The translations under genes and the position numbers were made by a program. Below, in pieces: positions 13,150 through 25,894 of a DNA stretch of 64,000 nucleotides; the stretch's first letter is position 1, and each line of letters begins with the position of its first letter. This DNA is from Azolla caroliniana (lineage: Eukaryota; Plantae; Polypodiophyta), in the NCBI GenBank assembly GCA_043228905.1, contig JBHGNT010000018.1, positions 5,766,001 through 5,830,000 of the forward strand, read 5' to 3'. Under the pieces are notes generated by a model. It saw nothing but the letters and a program-made list of their open reading frames with translations. It did not search any database and had not been told where the DNA came from.

Positions 13150-13314
13150 CGGTACTTAGACCGGAACTCGTTCAACTGGAACTTCCGCAGTCTTCTCATG
13201 TCTCTTCGGTTGGAACTCCCTCGACCGGAACTCGCTTGACACGAACTTTCCCGTTCTGTTGGCACATCCTCGAATGTATTAACTTTGGCACTATCTTTCA
13301 AGTCTTAATATCTC

Positions 13315-13349
<35 letters not shown>

Positions 13350-13732
13350 TCTTATTCTTTCATTTCGTGTGACTTTTTAGAATTCCGTTCGGCCATCGTG
13401 GGTTTTGTCTTTTCACAAAAGTCCATCAACAAAATAGCTCGGCGATAATTGCTTGTCAAATGTAACAATTTTAGGAGAATCCAAATTTCCACTTCATGGA
13501 AAACCTCGTTTTTGCTTTGGCTGCTTACACAACACATTTCCTAAGTCTTTCCCACTCAATGACATGTAATATCTCTCGGAAAGATGTCTCCTGGCTTCAA
13601 TGCAATCTTCAACCCATCGATGATTTATAATATGAATCCCAAACCTCTTTGCCATCACATACTTTTTTTCACTAAATATTTTGCAAACCAGATGTGTTGT
13701 AGAACCTTTTCGTAAGCTTCCAACATAAAAAC
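13150..13732 (-). pseudogene. BRCT-domain gene copy, 3' part (resembles the Arabidopsis At1g67180-type BRCT/RING family); left boundary approximate
   Basis: YVGSLRKGSTTHLVCKIFSEKKYVMAKRFGIHIINHRWVEDC is the C-terminal half of a BRCT domain; joins in frame to 40176-40455 when the intervening copia is removed. Confidence 0.8.
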
Positions 13733-15094
13733 AAATTGTACAAAATATGAGACCGGCCACAACTGGTTATTAAGTACAATGAGAAAAACAATAACCGAAG
13801 AAACAAGAAAACATAAATGCACTGACACTAATACACAAGATTTTAACGTGGTTGAATGGGAAAAACCACGGGAACCCATAGACTCCAAACATAATCACTA
13901 AGTAAATATACAAGAGACTAATAGGCAACAACCTCGAACTTGTCTTCGTCTTATAGATGGGTACATGCTCTGTGTCTAAGCACTCAGTCTTAGTACACTA
14001 TCACACAACTATGTACATACTACATCATAATGATTGCCCTATGTGTAGTTATGCTCATACATAATATGGGTTATTCACAAATGTAGCCTCTAATCGGCTA
14101 CGGCCTAATGGGCTTCTGGATTCCGTCAGGCCAATCCGGTTCCTTGTCCGGATGTCTTCCTGACAATCTAACTCCTTGTCCGGATCCAACTATCATACAC
14201 ATCCAATCTAGAGGGACTTTCTCTCCCAACAAACTCCCCCTTCACTTCGGGATGGGTAATTCAACAAACCTACTCGATATCAGCATGCATTCAACTTGTT
14301 TGTAGGCAGCATCTTGGTCAGCATGTCCGATCCATTGTCGTCCGTATGGATCTTTCCCAGCGCAAAATCCCTTTCTTCTACCCTCTCTCTAAGCCAATGG
14401 TATCTCCATTGGATATGCTTAGTTCTTGAGTGGTAGGCGACATTCTTAGCAAGGTGGATGGCACTTTGAATGTTACAATGCAATTGGAATCGTTCCTTCC
14501 TCATTCCTAACTCACTAAGGAAGTCTCTCATCCATATGATTTCCCTGCCGGCTTCGACAACAACCATGTATTTTGGGGCATTTTTTCCCATTTCACAAAA
14601 CACCTTGATACTAGTATCACATGTTCTCGAAAACTTGATGAAAATGCTAAAAATTTCACCATTTTGTAAAATTGGAAAATGTCAAATTTTGGCCAAATAT
14701 GAAAAGTAACTTTGTGTATTTTAAAGGGAAAATGACAACTAATAAATTTTTAGATCTTAAAGAAATCAAAAGTGAAATATTTCAAAACAATCAGCTTCTG
14801 TATATCATTAAATAAAATGTTGTCTAAATCTATTACATATCGTTGCACAAAATATACATTCAAGGGTTATTTGCATCACTATGATTGCTCCTTTCATGAG
14901 AGTCACTATTATAGCTAATATACAATTGTGACTCTTCCTCCTCATTTTCAAATATACCAATCAAAGCATTGTCTTCACCTAAACCAGATGGTGTCTCCAA
15001 ATTATGTGCACTAAATCTTGTCCGCATTCAATCTGAGACACCTTCTAGACTTGGTAATTTCTCTTTTATTATTTCTATCATTGACATCCTTAAA

Positions 15095-15688
15095 CATCCA
15101 ACTTTTATCAATGTAAAGTCATAAACAATGATTACCATCGACACAATTATTCTAAAAACAGAGATTTCAATATAATTCAATACAATGTAATGAATTTAAA
15201 TTGCAATACAATTCAATACTCAGGTTCAAAGTGTTTTCATCACAATTCGATTCTTAGTATCGAAATCAAGTTCAAAGTTTTTATTTTATTTAGTTTTGTT
15301 TTTTTTCGGGGGAAAAAAAACTTCAATCCTGAACTCGATACTAAGTATCGAATTGTAATGAAAACACCCTATTTTCACCACAATTAAATACTCAGTATCA
15401 AATTCAGGTTTCGAATTGTGATGTTTTATCACAAATCGATACTGAGTATCGAATTGAGGTTTAAAGTTTTGAAAAAAAAAAAATCCAAATAAAATAAAAT
15501 AAAAACTTTGAACCTAAATTCTATACTAAGAATCGAATTGTGATGAAAACACTTTGAACCTGAGTATCGAATTGTACTACAATCTGAATTCATTACATTA
15601 TATCGAATTGTACTAAAATCTCTTATTTTAAAATAATTGTGTCCATGGTAATCTTTGTGTATGACTTTACACTAACAAAAGTTGGATG
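15095..15688. repeat. ~594-bp foldback (MITE-like) element
   Basis: catccaactttt...aaaagttggatg ends; arms are reverse-complementary for over 200 bp, with internal gatact(a/g)agtatc palindromes. Confidence 0.8.
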
Positions 15689-15890
15689 AGCAAGTGAGTT
15701 TTCATTCACATGATGATTAAAGGCTTAACGTTTTCACCATGGATCACCTGAACCAATTCCTCCATTAGTTGGTGAACTTAGGGAGTTTATTGATATTGAC
15801 AATGAGCTAGTAGAGGACCCTACCATTGCTAACCTATGTGGAATAGATACTACTGCACAAATTTTGGAGAGTAGTGTGTCCATACCTTGA
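15685..15890 (+). pseudogene. Remnant of the 3' end of a second amino-methyltransferase copy
   Basis: DEQVSF/IHMMIKGL..RFHHGSPEPIPPLVGELREFIDIDNELVEDPTIANLCG aligns to EDQVIFINMRIKAL..RFQPASREPIPPLAGEPGELIELDDELIEDISLAQLTG of the 5282-5634 exon. Confidence 0.75.
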
Positions 15891-17513
15891 TAACTATGTG
15901 ATATGCTCCAAGGACATATTAATGTTCACGTCTAGGTTTGACAGTTTTGATAGTTCATGAATATTTTCTACATTTTTGGAGTTCTGACTTTATCTATGTT
16001 GATGAGCAATAAATTTATAGATGTTGATGACACTTCTGAAACCTACATCTCCTCAATTGCCTAAAACCATTAATCTTAATTTGTGCTTTGAGTTAACCAT
16101 TGTGATTTTCCTTAAGTTAAGTACATTTCATATTTGTAGACCATCAACATTTAAAAATTTATCGAAAAACTATTGAATTTTAGAAATTATCATTTTGACA
16201 CTTCTTAAATCTCAAAAAATCAGCAAAATTTCTATGTTATTTACGACATGCGATACTGGTGTATCAACTTTCTGAAAATGCCTAAAATCACAAATTATAA
16301 AAGGAATCTAATAATGGAATGTGTGATCCTTCCACTTTTGAATTCGAACATGTTTTGAGGTGCCTCTTAGGTATCAGAGTATCCACTTAACTGCCCCCGT
16401 AATGTTCCTTGCCGGTATTGCTCATGAAACGGTTGACCATTTCGATAGTATACCCAATGTCTAGCATGGTGCACACCATTGCATACATCAAGCTTCCGAC
16501 TACTGAGGCCTATGGGATCTTGTTTATCTCTACTTTCTTTGCTTTCTACTTCAGACATTGGTTTTCGCTGAGCTTGTTGTTTATCGGCGAGCTTGAGCCT
16601 ACCGGCTTCACATCCTGCATGTTGAATCTCTTGAGCACCTTCGTCACATATTTCTCTTCTGACAACCACAATAACCCTTTTCTCCTGTCCCAAACAATGT
16701 GCATTCCCAAAATCTATTTAGCCGAACCCATATCCTTCATAGAAAAAGACTTGCTCAGGGCCTTTTTTGAGCTTTCAATTTTCTTCAAGTCCTATTCGAC
16801 AATCAACATGTCATCAACATACAACATGAAGATAAGGAAGTCTCTTCCATCATATTTCTTCACAAAAAAACAATGATCAGTATGTGTCTTGTTGAAGCCA
16901 TGTTCTACCATGAAGGATGCAAATTTCCAATACCATTGTTGGGGCACTTGCTTCAACCCATAAAAGTTCTTCCTCAGTCACCATACCAAGTTTTCCTTAC
17001 CTTGCCCTACAAATCCTTCTGGCTACTACATGTAGTCTAAGATTTCTTCTTCCAAATCTCTATGTAGAAAAGCAGATTTGACATCCAACTACTCCAGTTC
17101 TAGATCCATGTTGGTCGTTATGCTCAACATTGTCCTAATGGATGTCATTTTTACAACCGGGGAAAATATTTCATCGAAGTTCACAACCTTTTTATGTTGG
17201 AAGCCCTTCAACACGATGTGGGCTTTGAAACTAGGTGGATTTCCACCTTCTCTCGACTTCAATTTGTAGACCCACTTATTCTGGAGTGCCTTCTTACCTT
17301 CTGGCAACTCGGTCAACTTGTATGTGTGGTTCTCATGCAAGGAATTCATCTCATCTTGCATGGCATGTAACCATTCTTTGGTATGGGTATCTCTCTTAGC
17401 TTCCTTGATGCTTTTTGGCTCCCCCTCATCAGTTAAGAAAACATATTCTTTTTCCGAAAATCTATGGGGGGCCCTTCTATTTCTCAAGGGTATCTCCTGC
17501 CTTGGTTCTCATC

Positions 17514-17574
17514 TATAAAGAATCGGGTGTGATTCTCTACAGTAGAAGGGGTGTGTGTGTGTGTGTGTGTGTGT

Positions 17575-17618
<44 letters not shown>

Positions 17619-18045
17619 ATTCTCGTCTTTGGAGGTCAAATATGACCTATGAAACCAAAAATATTACATTTCACGTGATACGTGTGAAAGTGAGTAGTGA
17701 CTCTCGATGTTCAAGAACATTACCAATGAATGTTGCAATCGAGAGTGCACATTGTGGTTGTGAGAGGAATTCAAGGTATACAAAAAAACAGAAAAAACTG
17801 TATTAACAAGAGAATAAGACAACCAACAATTACAAAGAGGAGGAGAAGGTGCTTATGTAGTCACCTTCTCTCTATGTTCTCTTACTTGCAAGGTAGGTGG
17901 AAACTTAAATATCTACTAAATATGTGTCATAGAACCTTAAAGTTCTATGACGCACTAGTTACTATACTAGGAGGTGGGGTGTTCACACACTTGAGTATAC
18001 TAAGGTGTGTTCCCACACTAGGGAAGTTGAGTTTGATTCTAAACA
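17514..18045. mobile_element. Solo LTR inserted in copia A
   Basis: Ends TATAAAGAATC (TG mutated) ... GATTCTAAACA; TSD TCATC at 17509-17513 and 18046-18050; contains (GT)n(GA)n. Confidence 0.8.
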
Positions 18046-19097
18046 TCATCAGTCAGCTCTTCATCATTCTCTTCTGCTGGCTCCTCATCCTCATCCAATT
18101 CGAATCCCTGTCCAACTGGTTGCCTTCCGAACGATCTAGATTCCTATTTGGATCCAAATTCTGGATGCCTTTCGGCTGATCTGGTTCCCTGTCCGGATCA
18201 GGCTGGTCCACTATGTTCTTCAGTTAACATCTGGCTTTCAGTCGGTTGGGTGTGTATATCATCCGACTATTCTCTTCTAGTCAACTAGGAGGATGTTCCC
18301 GTCTTCTCCGTCTCCCAATCGGCAATAGTATTTTCTTCCATGAAGACTATGTCCCGGCTCCTGATGACCTTCTTGTCAATCAGGTCCCACAGTCGGTAGC
18401 CAAAGTCATCTTCATTGTACCCCAAGAAAATACATGGCCAACTTTTAGGATCCAATTTTTCTCTCTAGTCCTTGTCAACATGCACATATGATAGGCAATC
18501 GAACACCCTCAAATGCTGGTATGACACATCTTTGCCCATCCACACCCTCTGTGGGACATCACCATCTAATGGGACTAAGGGAGACATGTTTATGACGTGA
18601 CCAACCATCATCAACACCTAAGCCCAAAAGGTTTTCGGCAACTTAGCATGTGCCAACATACATCAGACTCTCTCCATCACATTCTGCTTCATCCTCTAGG
18701 CCACTCCATTTAGTTCCAGAGTCTTCGGCACTGTATACTCCAGCCAGATACCTTGTGACCGTCAGTACTCTTCACACTGCCCTTTGTACTCCCCTCCATT
18801 TTCTGTCTAGACTGCTTTTAGCTTTCGGGTCGAAGCATGCTACGGTGTACCAACTTTTGGCCAAAAATTTAGTACTAAATCGAAGAAGAAAATAAACATT
18901 AAAAATTGTAAATAAGTTTCAAAAAACAAAAAACAAATTCATTACGTCACACTCGAATGCACAAAGATATTATACGTCACACTCGAAATGTCCCTAGGCC
19001 ATATTTAATACATTAATTGTTGCCCCAGTCTCCTAGGTAGAGTTGTACGAAAGCACACCTGGAGAAGGTATCCATTGTGACAGTTGGTCAGTCTCAG

Positions 19098-19137
<40 letters not shown>

Positions 19138-19529
19138 GTATGGGTAGTCGAACGTGTCAATTGGTATGTCTCTCTCTCACTCTCTCTCTCTCTCTCTCCT
19201 GTCTCGAAGTTGTCAGACAGACAGTGACAGAAAGTTAAAGAAAGACGACATATCTATTACAGGTCTATCTCTCTCTTTCTCTCTCTCACTCCACCTTCGA
19301 TTCTCTGTTTCCCCGCGTAGCTGTTCTTGTGTTCCCCTCTGTGCCAGGTTCAATCTCTGAACTCTGTATACGCAGAGATTTTTGTTTCCCCTGCTCGTTG
19401 TATGTGTTGTTGATTTTCCTTCCTTGTGTATGCTCGTTTGTCTCCTCTGTCTATGCTCGTTTGTCTCCTCTGCAGCAGCCTCGTTTGTCGAAATCAACAC
19501 GGTGTGGTACCTCTGCAAGTTGTACGACC

Positions 19530-20090
19530 TCTAGGTATTCTCTGTGTTGCATGCCCAACTGGTATGTTTTCTTTTTCTGAATGTTTCCTGTCTGTCTGTT
19601 TTTTATTTGCATGTGTATGGCCATTTTTAGGGTTTGATTACTCATAGTCTATGTGTTGCATGCCCAACTGGTATGTTTTTGTTTTCTCTGTGTTTCTCTG
19701 TGTTTCTTTTAAAAATGTATGACAATATTTTGATCAAGGTGGTTGTGTGTTAGACATGTTTGTACATGCAACGTAAATGGAGTTGGCTATGATGAGTTGC
19801 TATGTTTTCGTTTTGTTCTTGTTTCCTGTCCATCTGTTTTATTTTGTGTGAGTTTGACATGGATGAGTGTTTTTCCGACTATTTTGGGTTTTGGTGTGTT
19901 TGACATGGCTTGTACATGCGATGTGATGGAGTTGGCTATGATGATTTACAATGTTTTCGTTTTCTTTGACTTTCCTATCCGTCTGTATTTATTGTCTGTG
20001 TGTTTGACATGGATGAGTTTTTTTCCGACTATTTAGGGTTATTGTGTGTTTGACATGGTTTGTACATGCAATGTGATGATTTGCTATGTG
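19530..20090 (+). repeat. Degenerate tandem repeats (~120-bp units) in the putative first intron of the passenger gene
   Basis: Recurring tgtgttgcatgcccaactggtatgttt and gtttgacatggatgagt..ttttccgactattt blocks. Confidence 0.6.
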
Positions 20091-20123
20091 TTGATGGTAA
20101 TTGCTTGAGTTTTCTTCTAGTAC

Positions 20124-23100
20124 ATGCATATTCATTCCCTGAGAATTGTGTTGACTAGGACAATGACGAGAAGGACACCCATAAAGAAGACATTGATGAA
20201 AGAGAAAGTGAAGACACCAGTGAAGGAAGGAAGAAGGACACCCATGAAAGAAAGCAAGAAGACACCCACAAGAGAAAGGGTGATGAATTCATCAACACAA
20301 AGAAAGAAGATGTACCACTCCATCAGTCGAGACACACCTCTTGGATGGAATTATTTCCTTCGAGCACGACCTGACGTTTATCCAGAGCTGAGAGAGTGGT
20401 TGTTAAAAACCTGGGGGTCAGCACATCCCGACACAAGGCGAGGATTCCACATAAGTGGTTTGAAGAGGGAATACATGAATTTATTGAAGACGAGATACGA
20501 ACATGTTTATGATACAAATCAAATCACTAACAATGAGGTGGGTACTGTTTTTGCACGTGCTTTTGCATGTGAAGTTCAAGGTGGCATTGACGTAAATTGG
20601 GAAGATTTTAATCGGCACCGGTCAGAACATTACAAAGGGTCCTCCAATACCAACACTGGCTTGAAGTCATCTGGAACCTCTCATGTGGATATTCTAGCTA
20701 TAACACTTGTCCACCAAGTTCTAAAGGCAAAGGTACGGGCCACAATGACTAAAAAGCATGAACAGATGATGGCCGGTTGCATAGCTTCTATGAGCTCAAG
20801 AATACAAACACTACTTGCTGATTTGGAAGCAGTTAAATCAGCTGAGATACAGGCAGAAAAGAAATTTTCTTCAATAAAAACCACATATGAATGGATTGCA
20901 TTGACAATCCAAAATTCAGAAAGTGAGGTGTTGAAAGAGGAGTTGAAGAAAGAGCTAAACAATATGGGCACTCAATTAGGTTCACAGATGAGAGACCTTG
21001 ATACTTGCAGGAATGCACATGAAGAAATAAATAATAAGTTGTCAGCCTTAAAGTTGCATTCTGAGAACCTTGCATGCTTGATGCAGGATTTAAAACAAAA
21101 TGGTTTTGATACTTTGTGTCCATCTGTAATTGAGCACCCAAGTGGTATAGAAAGTACCATTATTAGTATAGCTATATCACGGTATTGGCTTTAAAAGTTA
21201 TTTATTTCTACTTCTCTGGTATAAATAAGTGAGCAGCTAATATATTATAACTTGTGTTTGCAATCTTCCAAGTGTATATTTTGTGGCCTCGGATTAAAGC
21301 TGGAGGCTATGGATGTTGTGATTACACCATGCTTGCACACATATCATGTGCTATGTGCTAAGTATCATTTTGAGAAAGAGAATACATGTATGGACTGTAA
21401 AACTACAATTGCGGCTGAGTGGTACTATGCTTGGGGTTTAAAAGTACACCCGTACGGTATGTGGCTCTACTATTCTATTGTTTGTATTATATGATGTCAA
21501 TTAACATTTGGACTAGAACTAGTGTATGCCACAATTCATACTTCAAATTTAGTGTAATCTCTAACAACTATTATGTGGAACCCTAATTATGTGGGTTAGT
21601 ATTGGCAATACTCTTAATATATAATTGGTATGTGTAGTTGAAGGGATATTTTCTAGAATTAGTAGTACTAAAAGGGAACCAGGTACAACATCATCCAATC
21701 TATATTGCAACTTGCCTAGTATTAGTTTAGTAAACACTATACTTATAGTACACTGTTGACTGTTAGTATTGTTTATACTTCAAATTTAGTGTAATCTCTA
21801 ACAACTATTATGTGGAACCCTAATTATGTGGGTTAGTATTGGCAATACTCTTAATATATAATTGGTATGTGTAGTTGAAGGGATATTTTCTAGAATTAGT
21901 AGTACTAAAAGGGAACCAGGTACAACATCATCCAATCTATATTGCAACTTGCCTAGTATTAGTTTAGTAAACACTATACTTATAGTACACTGTTGACTGT
22001 TAGTATTGTTTGTGTAACTTGGGAATTAGTACTAGTAATGTAATTTGGGAACAAGGTGTATAGTAAATTGCTGAATAATAGTACAAATATTGTAATTTGG
22101 AAATGAGGTGTGTCAAACACATATCACGTTTAGTACTAATACTGTTCAAGATTAATACTGTTGGTGTAATTAGTACAAGTTATGTAACTAGGTGTGTAGA
22201 ACACATATCATGTTTAGTATTATTTGTGTGCAAAATACCAATCTACATTTGTTGGATTAGTACTTAGTAAGTACTACATGGTTCATGATTAGTACTAGTT
22301 CTGTACTTTGTGAACTAAGTTACTAGTACATTGCTCATGATTAATACTAGTTTTGTAATTTGGGAACTGAGTAGTACTTTGTTCCTTATTAGTACTAGTT
22401 TTGTACCTTATTAGTACTAGATCAGTAATCTAGAAAATAAGTGAGTAGTACATTTTGTAGGATTAGTACTAATTGTGTAATTTGACTAAGTCAGTGGTAC
22501 ATTGTTGAGTAGTACATTGTTCAGGATTAGTACTAATTGTGTAATTTGACTAAGTCAATGGTACATTGTTCGGGATTAGTACTCCTTGTGTAATTTGGTA
22601 ACTAAGTGAGTAGTATATTGTGCATGATTAGTACTACTTGTGTAAATTGGGAACTAAGTGAGCATTACATTGTTCGGGATTAGTACTCCTTGTGTAATTT
22701 GGTAACTAAGTGAATAGTATATTGTGCATGATTAGTACTACTTGTGTATATTGTGCATAATTAGTACTAATCGTGTAAATTGGGAACTAAGTGAGCAGTA
22801 CAGTGTTCCTTATTAGTACTAGTTCCGTAATTTAGGAACTATGTGAGTAGTACATTGTTCATGATTGGTACATTGTGTAAAATGGGAAGCAGCTCTTGTG
22901 ACCTACATTATATATTTTAGATGATGGTACTAACATTCAAGGTTTTTTTGTTTCTTGCAATGAATGTTGTAGTGTCAAGCAACTCCACGCCAGGGAAGGC
23001 AATGGAACAACCAGCCCTTGTGCCTAAACCCTCAATATCTGCTGCACATTCCAAGGTTTAGGGACCATCATTACCAATAACCTATGATTTTTATGATGAG

Positions 23101-25646
23101 GATGAATGTATGAGAAGGGCCATTGGAGCAGTGGAACATATGCTTCTACAAACAAATTCCCCAAGCTCCGGTCAACATTAAGAAATAGAGCCCACTAAGA
23201 AGAGAAATGCAGTTTCTTTACAAATAGAGCCCAGTAAGAAGAGAAATGCTGCAAGAATGTTGTATGGAAACGGCAAGAAAGGCAAAGTTGAATGCAATGG
23301 TGAGTCATATAAGTTCTCACCTGTCTGGAGCATTGTCAACCTAATCCATTGTCTAATACCATGTACTTGTGTTACTAGCTGATGATGAAATGATATTTGG
23401 TGACGGAGATACGAATCCAAAACCTGATCATGAAGATGAATTTATCACACTCCTAGGTACACGTCAAAAGCCAAACTTTGAAAACAATGATTTAGCTCAT
23501 AACAACCCTATTTTTGTTGTTATTATAGATCATAACAACACTGTTGAGCACCTAGATGTTGTGGAGAAGATGACCGAGCCCACCACTTGCAATGGGGTAT
23601 CTACGGCTGTACAGTATGACGATGTAACATTAGGTAAAAATGTGGCCCTAAACCCTATGTTCATTGTTTGCAAACTTTTGAGTATGTGAGTTGATACCAA
23701 TATTCTTTGGAATCCCATTAATTAGGTTTACAAGAGCAGTCTGATTCCCAATTGCATTCAAATGAATCGGGAACTTCATGGAGCACAAGTGCAGAGTCAG
23801 ATTCCCATCAGAGTCAGAATCAAATTAACCTTTGCAAGGAGGCAGACTCTGGAAGCACATCTTCCACACATGAGGATTGTGAGAAAAACGAAGCATTCAT
23901 ATGTGAAGAGTAGCTAGCATGTACAAACAACACTATGTCTAAAGAAGCCTATGAGTGTGGAAAGAATATGGCAAGTACTGAAGAGAAGATTGAAGCCCAT
24001 GAAGAGTGTGGAAAGAATATGGCAAGTACTGAAGAGAAGACTGATTGTACTGATAATGTGGCAAGTGCTGAAGAGAAGACTGATTGTACTGATAATGTGC
24101 TAGTACTATCTAAAGATTCCCATGAGGATCATGGAAAGAACATTGCTAGTAATGAAGAGGAGCTTGATTGTACTGAGAATGTGCTAGTAGCGTCTTGTGA
24201 AGCCCATGAGGATCGTGGAAAGAACATCGCTTTCCCTGAAGATAAGCCTGATTGTACAGAATCCCATGAGGAGTGTAGAGCGAACAACGTTACTAATGAA
24301 GGTGGGCCTGATTGTACTCAGAGCGAACAACGTTGTCTTAAGAATGAGGTGACATCCACCGTACAAGAGGAGTTGACCATGACTACTGCCACGGTCCACA
24401 TACAGGAGTCTAATAAGAACGAGTGTATAGGCATCGGTGATGATGATAGGGCAATAAAGATCGCTAGGAGTACAAGCATTCAGGAGATGAGTGATAATTT
24501 GTCTATCGACAGCACCTTTGTGGATTTGTGTACAAGCATTGCAGTTGCAGAAAACATAGTTGCTCTCTCAAGCTTGCCACCAGTACAAGGTGCCCGCGCA
24601 TCCACGCCTGTCTCTGATGCCTCTGATGATGAAGTGCCACTTAGTCAGCTCATACCTAAAGGCTTTAAGATAAAGAAGAATGTAAAATCAGAAAAATCTA
24701 GCACCAACAACAAGCGCATTACAAGATCGGCCAAGTTACCCTCTAGTGCCTGATTGTCTTTCAATTGTACTTGAACTTTCGTTGTTAGTGATGTCTGAAA
24801 TTGAACTATTTGGATACCAAAATACTGTTTCAATTGCCAATATAAAAAATCCAGTTCATGAATCTGAAATAGTTATACCAGTGTGAAATCAAGTTCATGT
24901 TTAAGGATTGCTTCTGTATTTTGCTCGTCAACATATATCAAAAACAATGGGAATATACTTTTTGATCTAAGTATTCTTATTTTACAACGTTTTGTTTCTT
25001 TTTTGAGATCATCTCCTAATCCTCGCAAAGTCTTTCAGTCTATTGTAGATAAAATGCTTGAAAGTCTTCTTAGCTTGCTAGGAAAATTTAGGTTTTCAGG
25101 TGTTGATGATGAGAAACAAAAAATATCGGGTGTTATTGAAGATATACTGAAGTATAGACTGTTTCATCTATCCCATTTGGAGGGTAACCAGAATGTGTGC
25201 AAATTGTTGAAGCAATGTGGGCCATATTTTGATGATATCATCCCAAAGGATGAACCATCCACTAACAGTAGTAAGGAAACACTTACCTTTTTGAGCTATC
25301 ACAAATTATTGTTTCAGAAGTTGGATTATTTTGTTAAGGAAAGGAAGGTCTGTACTTTAAAATCCATAGCCTGGATATTCAGGACTTATATACAAGAAGT
25401 AAAAACTCAGATGGCTTCACAGGACATATCATGAAACAAAAAAGGATTCTGAGAGAATAATTTTCATTGTTGTCTTCACAGAATTCATCGCCCCCTTTGA
25501 AGAATGAACTTACAGTAGAAAATCTTACAATATTAAAGTCTTTAATGAATTCAACTAACAATCTTCTCTTGGTAGCAAAAGAAGAGCAGATTTATGTGCC
25601 AACAGAGGACACACCAACTCTTATACAATATTTTGACTCATTTTAA
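20124..25646 (+). pseudogene. Multi-exon passenger gene of the Sola2 element: basic TP-repeat N-terminus, coiled coil, RING-H2 finger, acidic peptide repeats; exon boundaries approximate, some stops
   Basis: ORF 20124-21194 (RTPIKK..KTPVKE..RTPMKE..KTPTRE; coiled coil), CIFC..PCLHTYHVLC..CMDC at 21273-21398, ORFs 23369-23689, 23935-24753 (ECGKNMASTEEK repeats), 24883-25434. Confidence 0.6.
21538..22870 (+). repeat. Apparently perfect 237-bp tandem duplication (21538-22011) followed by ~57-bp AGTACT-rich degenerate repeats
   Basis: cttcaaatttagtg starts at 21541 and 21778; repeated ttagtacta..gtaatttgg..aactaagtgagtagtacattg units. Confidence 0.8.
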
Positions 25647-25894
25647 CATGGCTCTGCAAAACTCCTATGCTCAAATAACATCAGGAAACATGAGCAATAT
25701 CGGCAATGAAGAAATCCAAGTCCTGTTGACAACAACTAATATATTATGAAAGATAAGTACAAGTGGTTGAGAGGCATAAACACTTTGGAAGAAAGACGAA
25801 ATATATCAATTCATTTGACAATCATCAAAATTAATAGTGAACTCCAAGTGGATGTTTTCCAGTTTTCTGGTACAATGTATTGATAGGGTGACTT

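Larger units (their letters stand above)
14573..16366. mobile_element. Non-autonomous DNA-transposon derivative with degenerate inverted termini; same family as the methyltransferase-bearing arm at 4318-7235
   Basis: Left ggcatttt..ttgatactagtatcacatgt versus right acatgcgatactggtgtatcaa..aaaatgcc; interrupts copia A between RT and RNase H, with ~200 bp of host missing at the left junction; right end ..GGTGCCTC|TTAG. Confidence 0.6.
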
